Positions 9,101 to 18,939 of a stretch of DNA of 20,000 bases are shown here, one piece after another. The DNA is from Saprolegnia diclina VS20 (Eukaryota), in contig NW_008246109.1 in the NCBI RefSeq assembly GCF_000281045.1, positions 459,486-479,485 on the forward strand, given 5' to 3'. How positions within the stretch are numbered: position 1 is the first letter of the stretch; every line of letters starts with the position of its first letter. Below the pieces are notes generated by a model that worked only from the letters and a program-made list of their open reading frames with translations, was not told the DNA's origin and ran no database searches. A program made the position numbers and the translations under genes.

Positions 9101-10856
9101 TGATCGGTGCAGCGACCTGCGGGAGGGGCCACACGGAGACGTCGACGTGCGAGAGCGTTCTGAGCCAAAGAGAAAGCGTCAAGCCCCACGTAGCATCGAC
9201 GCGCTTGCCGTGGGCGCGCCACAGCTGCTGCCAGAGACTACTGACACTGTCGCTAAGCGCACTGTCGTTGGACTCGTCGGCGCTGAGCCAGATGAACCAG
9301 CACCAGTGCGCAATCGAGAGGACGAGCGGCGGGGAGAGCGGTGTCGTGGCTGCAGCCGTGAGCCACGCCACGCTGGACGTTCGCACAAACGCCGCCGAGT
9401 GCCGGAGGTACGTCAGCACCACGTATACGTGTGAGGCCGACCCACGTATGTCATGAGCGAGCAAGCACCGGAGCACATGCCCCGGGGCAACGTCGACGAG
9501 CGAGGTCTGCTTGGCCTCCAATAACGCCCAGAGCCGATGGGTGCACCGGTGGACGCTCGACGCCGCTTCGGAGCGTGCGAGCACTTGCGCTGCGGCCGAG
9601 TGCACTTCTTCTTCCGACCGCGCACCGAGGCAGTCAACGACAGCGTCCAGAACCTCGGTGGGCAGCGCGACCTTGCAGTAGTGCAGCGCCAAGAGGCCCC
9701 CGTGGGCGGCGTGCCATGAAGATGCGCGCAGGTACGGCACCGCATGGCCAATGTGCTGCGGCGCTGCGTCGAGAAGCTTGGCGGCGACCTGCGCTACAAG
9801 TTCGCGCACCGGTGCGACCGACCCATCGGAGGCGTAGTCGACCCAAGCCTCGAGCGCCAGCACGCTCAGTCCGCGCACGAGCACCTCGTCAAACCACGCG
9901 TGCGAACTTGGCACGCGCGCGTGCGAAAACACATCGCGAAGCACGTGAGCAGCGCCGTGCCGGACTTCCCAGCGCGCGTCAAAGATGGCTTCGAGGCAGT
10001 CGAGCAGTAGCAGCGGAAAGCTCGCGAAGCTCGCGTTCGCGCGGCTGTCGGCGGCGACGTCCGTCCGAAAGAGGTGCGTCACTGGCGCGAGGCGAATGAC
10101 GCGCATCGCGTCACTTGGCAGCAAATCGGCGTCCGCGACCACGCGGTCCGTGTTGGCGCGCGTACCTATCGCGTCGTGAGCATCACCGGCGTGCTGACGC
10201 GCCTACTCTGGAGGGCTATTGGTGGCGCGTCGACGGTGATCGACCGGCTCAGACGGCCCCAGAGCCGGCGTCGCTGCAGCGCCAAATGGGCTTGCTGCGA
10301 CGCGACCGAGTCAAAATTCACTTGGTAATCGTATTCCTAGCACGATTGAGCACTGGGCCAGGTCCGGGACGATACCTCGCCGCCGCTCTTGAGTAGCGGC
10401 GCAGCGTTGGCCAAGAGGTGCTCGACATCCAGCTCTTCGAGGCGCAGAAGGCTCTCTCTTTGGGCTACGCACACATGTGATACTGTAGCAGGCAGAAGCG
10501 CATCTACCAATCTCGGCGCATGTGGCGAGCGCGACGGGCTGGACCCAGGGCAGCGCATGGATGCTGCCGACCGTACGCGCCGCGGCCACGCGCGTGTCCC
10601 ACTCGTCGTCGCGGAGGAGCGGGCGCAGCTACAGGCAAAGCGTAGGAGCTGCATGTCGTCGGGCACTCGCACCTTCTGGACGAGCCAGGGCAGGTTGGTG
10701 GCCGTAGTGAGGCGCGCGATCTCGTCGCTAGCGTGGGCGCGGATCGGCATGGAGCAGCCATCTACGGCAGCCGGCGTGAGCGCAGGAACCGCAAGCCTCG
10801 TCCGTCGGTCGACCTGTCAGCAGCGTAAGGAGGCCCTCGAGGCGCGCTTCCTCCAT
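6156..10856 (-). CDS. BTAF1: TBP-associated SNF2 ATPase Mot1/BTAF1, 1463 aa. Exons 10856-10814, 10761-10673, 10628-10508, 10464-10376, 10336-10207, 10165-7128, 7088-6655, 6603-6156
   Basis: Mot1-type N-terminus: RLEGLLTLL, LRDDEWDTRVAAA, FDARWEVRHGAA, DYASDGSVAPVRE. SNF2 motifs: LADDMGLGKTLQ, DEAH, TGTPLQN, QPFILRRTKE, LLTTAVGGLGLTLTGAD, WNPFTDLQAMDRAHRLGQ. The exon total of 4392 nt is divisible by 3. Confidence 0.93.
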
Positions 10857-11149
10857 CGCTTCGATGCAAGCTTCAACGTACTACCTGCAACTCTCAATGC
10901 CATCGGTTTCCAGAGGTATTTGAAAATACGCTGGATATTGCTTGGTATGCAGTATCAATGTATCAGCGAGTCGGAATGGCTGTGCGTGGCCGCCAGGGGG
11001 AAGAAGTCAAGCGCGGAAGGTAAGTACCTTGGTGATGGCTCCTGAATAAAAAGTGCACACCGTCGGATCAAGCAACCAGTTCTGATTTGTTGGTCCAGAT
11101 TCCAGATGCGCCCGACCAGAGAGTGTTTGGCCCCGTCCAGGATCGCCGT

Positions 11150-12381
11150 CCCACTCGACGTTGTGCGCTATCTACTGCGCTCTCTACTGGCTTTTGTAAG
11201 CCTCGCCTACGTCGTGTACGACTCGACGTTTTGATGTGCAACTGACCAATGCGAACAGGCTGGCAACAGTCCGAGGCTTTGTGGAGGCACTTGACGCCAT
11301 CGTGTGCCTTCCGTTCATCCTGTCGGCGGTCGCGCTGAGCCTCTTTGAAGGAGTTCCGTTAGCGCTGGCGATTCGCCGCGAAGAGTTGACAGCGAGCTCT
11401 ACGGCCGCCGTGGTAGTACTTCCTAATCGTTTGTTGGTTGTTTCGCGGTCGAGTTTATGAGCTTTTTCATCGCCCAGTAAGTGTGGTTGAGCAGGTACGG
11501 AGGAGCCGCGAGTTCGGCGGCCAAAGAGCCCTCTGCAACACCGCCTTCGAGAGGGGTGTCAGCGACACGTCAGAAGCCCTTGCGACTGGATTCTGGTTTT
11601 GCATTGTGAAAGAACTGGACCAGATGTAAAACACCACTCAGTGCTAGCCCACAAATGCCAGTTGCTCATTTGGTCGAACGATGTGGTGTAAGTAGAAGGC
11701 GCTGAGGAAATGACGTTCGATGGACGATTCCCCGCCTTCATCCATGTCCCGACACTCAATAGACGATGCTTGCGTCCTCTGCACGAGGACACGAACCAAG
11801 TTGCTGGACGGAGGCGACCAATCGGAACCCTAGTCGTTACAAAATGGACCAATCGCCAGGGATATCGACGGTGCGGTGACGTGAGCCCCCCACTTGCCTC
11901 ATCTCGCGAGGCTGACACAGTCCAACGTACCCCTATGGCACCAAAACGCCAGGAAGAAGCTGCATCCAAGTCCGCGCTTCACCGCCACCACTACCTCGTC
12001 GCTGCTGGTAAGCTGGCCACCCATGCTGAACGAGAGCTCACACTATCTAGCGACTCTCATCGCGGCTTCCTTGTCGATCGGTGCGACAGCGGGCGCTGTT
12101 GCGTTTGCGAGTTTGTCGTCGAATAGTGCTGTGACAATGTCGTCGCATTGGTCGAAAGCTGTATCAACTCCTACCATCTCTCTGTGACCTAGCGTGGCGA
12201 GTACCCTAACGCGTCCAGTACGAGGTTTTCGAGCTTGAGGCCAATGACACGGAAGCAGCAGCGCCCGCGAATTGTACTGTGGTAGCGCCGATGAATTGCA
12301 CAGGAGTCGCCAATCGAACGGTATTTCCATCGTCGTCCATGCCCGTGATTCTACCGGTCGGCGACTTGATCACCGAAAATG
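11150..12381 (-). mobile_element. Probable highly degenerate non-LTR (LINE) retrotransposon relic
   Basis: Broken minus-strand frames give VLVQRT (compare the endonuclease LQET motif), SSRKGF*RVADTPLE (compare post-endonuclease GxGxWKL; TGA at 11570-11572), YWAMKKLI and HDGVKCLHK, in the order expected for LINE ORF2. Many stops and frameshifts; no RT motif visible. Confidence 0.35.
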
Positions 12382-12876
12382 NNNNNNNNNNNNNNNNNNN
12401 NNNNNNNNNNNNNNNNNNNNNNNNNNNNNNNNNNNNNNNNNNNNNNNNNNNNNNNNNNNNNNNNNNNNNNNNNNNNNNNNNNNNNNNNNNNNNNNNNNNN
12501 NNNNNNNNNNNNNNNNNNNNNNNNNNNNNNNNNNNNNNNNNNNNNNNNNNNNNNNNNNNNNNNNNNNNNNNNNNNNNNNNNNNNNNNNNNNNNNNNNNNN
12601 NNNNNNNNNNNNNNNNNNNNNNNNNNNNNNNNNNNNNNNNNNNNNNNNNNNNNNNNNNNNNNNNNNNNNNNNNNNNNNNNNNNNNNNNNNNNNNNNNNNN
12701 NNNNNNNNNNNNNNNNNNNNNNNNNNNNNNNNNNNNNNNNNNNNNNNNNNNNNNNNNNNNNNNNNNNNNNNNNNNNNNNNNNNNNNNNNNNNNNNNNNNN
12801 NNNNNNNNNNNNNNNNNNNNNNNNNNNNNNNNNNNNNNNNNNNNNNNNNNNNNNNNNNNNNNNNNNNNNNNNNNNN
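12382..12876. other. Assembly gap (495 N)
   Basis: Run of N. ORFs spanning it are artefacts, and contiguity across the gap is unverified. Confidence 1.
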
Positions 12877-12954
12877 TTTTACCATGACCAAATCTTGGCG
12901 ACCATTGCGAGTTCGTTCCCTCAGCTTGCACCGCGTGCTCTGCCTGGAACTTAG
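12877..12954 (+). CDS. 3' end of an IAH1-like SGNH/GDSL hydrolase gene or pseudogene; the rest is hidden in the gap
   Basis: FYHDQILATIASSFPQLAPRALPGT* closely matches the C-terminus of the DGLH-containing fragment at 18739-18939. Confidence 0.6.
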   Translation, partial: FYHDQILATIASSFPQLAPRALPGT

Positions 12955-13534
12955 CCTCTCGAAGTCTCGTGCATTTTGCCGAATGAAGCTGTTGAAGGCA
13001 TTGATCCGTGGTGATGGTCGAGTGCATTGAGCGCACGTCGTTCACTCCTGTGGCTCTTGGTTCGGCCGTCGACGCGTGTCAACACTGCGAGTGGCTGTTG
13101 CGACTGACGTGGTAAGGCTTATCTGTCGAGTGCGAACGAGACCAGCGTACAAAAGTCAAGCGACCTAACATACTATGGAAGGAACGACAACGTCGTAAGT
13201 AGTCTTCGGTTACGGCTTTGAGGGTTGTATGATTACACCATCCTTAGACCAAAGATGGCAACGGCAGCTTCTTAAGCCGCGAACTCGACTTTGCTGACAA
13301 CTGCTCGGACACTGACACCCTCCAACTGACGGACGGGACGGGGTACTCGACCCTGTTTTTTGGCAACCACCTCATCGCCTACACGGCCCGTGCTCACTTG
13401 CCGATAGGTTGCTCCAGTTGTTAACCGAGTTGCTAGATTTGCTAATCGAGTCGCTATATTTTTCCTTGGTTTTAAAATGTACAGGTCGTATTTTCCATTG
13501 GGCAAGGTGCGACTTGCGATCTTTTTATTTGGGA

Positions 13535-13667
13535 TTTGAAAGTTTGAAAAATGGAACCGCGCGGGGATTGGCTATAAAGGTCAGAATTATACGCCATGGG
13601 ATTGGCTAAAATCGTGCGACGTATGGCACGCGATTGGTGGAATAGACGTCCCGGTCTCAATTTTGCC
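13535..13667 (+). promoter_or_regulatory. PLK promoter: tandem TTTGAA (CHR-like), three phased inverted CCAAT boxes and an FPR-like element
   Basis: TTTGAA at 13535 and 13543. ATTGG, each preceded by G, at 13567, 13601 and 13633. CTCAATTTTGC at 13656-13666, just before ATG 13684. Confidence 0.55.
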
Positions 13668-13683
13668 CAGACCGAGATCGCCG

Positions 13684-15810
13684 ATGGCAGACGCAACGAC
13701 GACCGTGGTTGAGCGCTACGTGGACGCGCATGGCGCCGACGCGACGCGGACGTACACGCGCGGCCGCTTCCTCGGCAAGGTACATGGCTCATGCGCAGGC
13801 CACGGCGGCTCAAAGACGTATGCGCTAGGGCGGCTTTGCGCGCTGCTACGAGATGACCGCGCCGGACGGGGCAACGTACGCGGCCAAGGTCGTCGCCAAA
13901 GAGACGCTGCTCAAGCCCAAGGCCAAGATCAAGTTTGCGAGCGAGATCAAGATCCACAAGGCGCTGCACCACCCGCGCGTCGTGCAGATGCACCATTTCT
14001 TTGAAGACGACGCCAACTGCTACCTCCTCCTCGAGCTGTGCCCCAACCACGTGCGCCGACCTCGCTTGCTCTGCGCGAACCTCATGGTATGTCGTAGAGC
14101 CTCTCGGACTTGATCAAGCGGCGAAAGCGTCTCGCCGAGCACGAAGTCCGCTTCTACATCAAGCAGCTCCTCGAGGGTATACAGTACCTCCACTCGCAAT
14201 GTGTCATCCATCGGGACCTAAAGCTCGGCAACCTCTTCTTGACGAGCGACATGCAGATCAAGATTGGCGACTTTGGCCTTGCGTCGCACCTCGACTCGAA
14301 GGCCGAGAAGCGCAAGACGATGTGCGGCACGCCCAACTACATTGCGCCCGAGATCCTCAACGGCGCCCGCAACGACGGCCATAGCTTTGAAGTTGACGTC
14401 TGGTCCACGGGCGTCATCATGTACACACTCCTAGTCGGGAAGCCGCCGTTCGAGACGGCCGACGTCAAGAACACGTACCGGCTCATTCGCGCCAACACGT
14501 ACACCTTCCCCGACACGGTCGCGCTCTCGTCGGCCGCGCGCGGGCTCATCATCGACATCCTCCGCCACGACCCGACGCAGCGCCCGTCGATCACCAGCAT
14601 CCTCAAGCACCCCTTCTTACGCGATGACAACGTCCCTCGGCACCTCCCCGAGTCGTCGCTCTTTATGACGCCGCCCCGTCCGCTCGGCGCCAAGCCGGAC
14701 GCGCCCAAGACGCCGGTGCCGACACCGTCGCCCCACCATGGTACGCCACGTCAGCGTGTCTGTACTGTCGTTGACAGAGTGTAGACAAGCCGCCGCTGCG
14801 GACGCCCCTGCGCACGCTGCACCAGGCCAACCAAGCAGCGCCGGCCGCCCCCGACGTCCTCGAAGCGACGTGCGAGACGCTGGCGTATCTCATTGCGCTC
14901 GACGAAGAGCGAAGGGGCAAGCACAACGCAGAGAACGCGATTTTGAGCACTACCAAGCAGCAGATCCTCCAGGCCCGCCTCGCAGTGCTGCCGCCACCGC
15001 GCGCAGCCCCCCTCTGGGTCCTCCAGTACGTCGACTACACGGCCAAGTACGGTCTCGGCTACGTCCTCTCGAACGGGTCGGCCGGTGTCTACTTCAACGA
15101 CTCGACCAAGATCATCGCAAGCCCGGACGGCAGCACGTTCGACTACGTCGACCGCCTGTACCGACACTTCTCTCACGGATCCTCCCGTCGCTCAACGATT
15201 GACATAGCGACGCGCCGGCCGTCGACTCGCCGCGCACGACGTTTAGCGCAAAGCAATTTGACGCGGCGCTCGCCAAGAAGGTGACCCTCATGGGGCACTT
15301 TCAAGAGTACATGGTACTACTGGCTCTAAGATCTGCGTGGTTCGAAATGCTTATATATTTTTGCAGAAGGAAGAAGAGCCGACGTGTTCGTCCCGCACGC
15401 TCCTGCTCTCGCACCTCGAGAAGCTGCCGCCGCAATTCTGCACGGCGTCGCCCGTGTACATTCGCAAGTGGGTCAAGACGCGCCATGCGATCCTCTTCCG
15501 CCTCACCAACGACACGATCCAAGTCGACTTCTACGATTCGACGCGGCTCGTTTTGGCGCAGGACGGTCTCGCCATCACGTACACTCTAAGTATATAGCCG
15601 TAAAGTCCTCAAAGGGTCTGTAGGTATGTCGACAAGGACGGCACGATGCACGTGCTCTCGACCTACGACGCTGTGCAGCATCCGGCCAAGACGCCGGACC
15701 TCGTCAAGCGCCTCAAGTACACTCCTTCTCGTGGTATGCTCCAAGTTGTCATGCTTGGGTGTAGGTATGTCAAGGATATGCTGGCGCAAATGGTGAAAGC
15801 CAAGGCGTAA
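13684..15810 (+). CDS. PLK1: Polo-like kinase (PLK1-like), 596 aa. Exons 13684-13779, 13829-14050, 14098-14740, 14785-15157, 15208-15313, 15367-15578, 15624-15716, 15765-15810
   Basis: Kinase motifs: LGKGGFARCY, AAKVV, HRDLKLGN, DFGLA, KRKTMCGTPNYIAPE, HSFEVDVWS. Polo box 1: VDYTAKYGLGYVLSNGSAGVYFNDSTK. Polo box 2: KWVKTRHAILFRLTNDTIQVDF. Seven GT-AG introns keep the frame. Confidence 0.95.
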
Positions 15811-16762
15811 GTATAAGTTCTGTAGTCACCCCGCTATAATATATACAGTGCTATTTTGCTACTCTAGTCTAGCAATGGAAGTAAATACGAATAATCGTAG
15901 TTTGGACAAGAACCGACGCTGTTGGACGGGCTGTCGACAGGAAAAGGGCGCATTTGATTCGGTTATCTCAGTAGTAGGAAAATTCAGCTAGTGGCTCCAC
16001 GGAAATCACCCCGATCTGCCTTACAGAGAAGTATAACTCAGTGGTATCATACTCTGTGTTTGCATCACGTCTATTTTGTGAAATATAAATTTCACAGGTA
16101 AGACTTTACCTACTAATGAGTTAATCTCACTATTGCAGCTGGCCGCGTATAGCTACAAATCAACGGAATCTAGATGCGCTGTGATCTCCACGCTGCCAAA
16201 GTGTCCAAATTTGGCAGTAGCAAATCACCGGTCTGCAACGTCGCATGTCTCATGCAGACCTGCGAAAAATGATATTCCCTTCCACACTGGATTCGACGAC
16301 CAGAGACTCGACAACCTCGGTCCTGGATTTACGACCACTTCTCTTCGGCGCTGGGTGCCGTCTGGTTGGATGGGCAGTGGATAACCATGCCATTACGAGT
16401 TTGTATCCAGGCACTTGGATATATCCAAAACAGCTATCCAAAGCTGCTTTACCAGTGGCTCGACCGCACGCTCTTAGGACAAGCCCACAGAGTCATCGCG
16501 TGGAGGATTTTTCGTTCTCGACGATAGAAGCAAGAGCAAATTTACGTCTCTGAATCAGTGAAGTTTTTGTGAATTAATGAAATTGGCAGCATCGATTTTT
16601 ATGGATTTTCGTTGCACACGTGGATGATTCAACAAGAAATCCCACTCTCTGCAACGTCCACCGCAGTGACCATCACCGACGACCGTGTCCTGTCCAGCGT
16701 CTCCAACGTCTCAGAGAATGAACCTCACTTTTCAATCTTCAAACTCAAACGCAACACCAAGT

Positions 16763-16993
16763 ATGCTCCACCTCTTCTCAACGATGAAGACGCAGTCCTC
16801 CACGACCGCGTGGTCTAAGGCCCGCAAGTCCATCGTGCGCGCCAACGCCGGCGTCAAGCGCAGTATCACTCTGCCACCTCTCCCGCACCCACCGACGCTC
16901 GTGGGCGGCCGCCTCGTGCCCTTCCAACGCGCCGCGCAGAGTCCTCGGACGCTCGGCCCGATCCTCGAAGAAGACAGTTTCGTGAAGGTCTAG
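16763..16993 (+). CDS. Small basic, Pro-rich hypothetical protein, 76 aa (alternative start at 16784)
   Basis: GC3-rich codons in an otherwise AT-richer region. An Inr/FPR-like TCACTTTTCAATCTTC lies at 16725-16740. Sequence MLHLFSTMKTQSSTTAWSKARKSIVRANAGVKRSITLPPLPHPP...LGPILEEDSFVKV. Confidence 0.6.
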   Translation: MLHLFSTMKTQSSTTAWSKARKSIVRANAGVKRSITLPPLPHPPTLVGGRLVPFQRAAQSPRTLGPILEEDSFVKV

Positions 16994-18738
16994 ACGGCAG
17001 CCAAGACAATTCGTAGCTAGTACTATTTATTTGCGAAAAGCAACAACGATCGCAGTTGAGCTTACGTCCCAACGGTGGAAGCCGAACGATGGCGAGCTTA
17101 TGGCGATTAGGCGTGCGCATGCTGCGGTCTTGCCGAGAGACCTTCTTCTTGGCCATGTTCCTGCAGCCCACTCGCTCCAGTATAAGCACGGAAGGAGATT
17201 GTTTATTGACTCTAGAAGCAGACCCTTCTTGGTCCAACCTTCGTCCAACCTGGCTACGCACCTTGAGGCAACTTTACCGACCTCGCCTGTGCCGACCCGT
17301 CGCTTCCCCGCATTCTGAAGCGCCTGACCAAGTCAACGGCAGTTCCCCAACCAGTTCGAGTTCGCGCTCAACTATAGAGGCTGGCGCCACTCCCAACAAT
17401 CGCCTCGCATCCAGGAACTCCATCGGCGGGAAGATTTGGCCGGTCACTTGTGGCAAGCCAATCTATATCCGGATCCGGATCGGTGCTGGCCCAGAGGCTG
17501 CTGAAATGACTCTGACAACATCGCTCAACCGAGTGTAGACCGTGAAGAATGTTCGTCAATATGACCTCGTTTTTCTTTTCAAAGGGGCCTTCGTAGGTCA
17601 TATTATTTGTATTCGCGGGAGGCTTTTCAGCAATTATTGCAATCAGAAAAGGAGGAATCGGAAAGGCATAGCTGAGAATTGAAGAGTGGTGGTAAATCAA
17701 GCTGCAGATTCAAAAGCCAAAGGAAATCGGTTTAGCGCCCAGACTTCTTGACCGTTGATGGGCAACTGAACCAGATTGTTGGGCGCTACTGGCCACTGTG
17801 GTGGTGATCGTCCATCAGTGATTGGTCCGAGCAGTGAGAATAATAGCGGACGCTCCACTGACCCAGCTCCGACGCAGATTTCAGACTGCAGTGGAATGCG
17901 GTTTGTTGAGCATTGTGAGCTTCCTGGGGTTGAAAAGAAGTAGCCAGAAAAACTGATACGCGCCACCTCAACCGACGATTCGAGAGCAAAAACAAATCCT
18001 GAGCTCCGCCTGGCTCTCGCAAGGGACCGCGTGGGTGGACCAGCACGTGCAACGAAGACTGCTGACAGGAAACAGAACGGTGCTCAACCGGACCCTGGCG
18101 GCCTTGGCCTTCGCGTGGAGTGGGTCGAGGAGCCACTCGTGTGCTTGGTGTGGAACACTTGAAACTCGGTTGTGGCATCGTCACGGAGTCGCCTGAGATC
18201 CCAGACGACGGGTTCGTGGCTTCTGTTGTGTCTGGTTTGGTCAAGCCATGCCAGGCCGATGCAAGCGTGTATCGCTGGAGAGTTGTGACTCCAGGAAGCG
18301 AGAAGCCCAGAGTCTGGGTAGCTTGCGTGCGTGGTGTAGATCAGTTCACAATCTGATTCGTGGCGTAACGCAATACAACTGCCTGCTTCTTGGGAGATGG
18401 CTCTCCCCTCGCTGCGTTGTTTGCGTTGCACTGCGGGAGCCACCACACTTCGCACTCGGGACTCTGGTCGACGACAACCACCTGGATGCCCATGCCGGTG
18501 AGCTCCTTCTCCATGATCGACCGCCGATAACGCTGCAACGTGACGTACGCGAGGCGACCGCTCATGGACATTTACCAGAAGCGACAGATCGGCTTGCAGA
18601 GCGACACCTTGTTGTCTCGGTGCCCAAGAAAAGCAGCGTTGACGATGAACACTTGGACGAAGATATATTGATAAATGTGCTCTCCATTTACTGTCATGAG
18701 TAGCCGCAGGATGAACGAACGAATGACACTGCGAGAGG

Positions 18739-18939
18739 CTACGGACGCCATGGTAGCGCACTTGGCGTCAGCTGGGGGATCGAACTCGCAATGGTCGCCA
18801 AGATTTGGTCGCAGAAAAACTGATTGCCAGCCTTATTGAGGTGCAAGCCGTCGCGAAGCATGGTCTTTTGCTGTCCTTGGAGCAGCGTCGAGAAGTCGAT
18901 GACAGGGATGCCCAAGCGACGGCCCACTTCGGAACAGTA
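18739..18939 (-). pseudogene. 5'-truncated IAH1-like SGNH hydrolase fragment
   Basis: YCSEVGRRLGIPVIDFSTLL...MLRDGLHLNKAGNQFF...LPW contains SGNH block V (DxxH). There is an in-frame TGA at 18955-18957, and I recognised no GDS block I upstream. Confidence 0.7.

Noticed and set aside
6084..10099. Long + strand ORFs such as 7056-8081, 8085-8756 and 9431-10099
   Set aside because: These are antisense shadows of the GC3-rich BTAF1 coding sequence with no recognisable motifs.
10976..11098. Possible + strand mini-exon ATGGCT...AAG|GTAAGT divergent from BTAF1
   Set aside because: The implied intron (about 79 nt) is outside the local size range and no coherent downstream frame was found.
12206..13045. 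ORFs spanning the N-run
   Set aside because: Artefacts of translating N.
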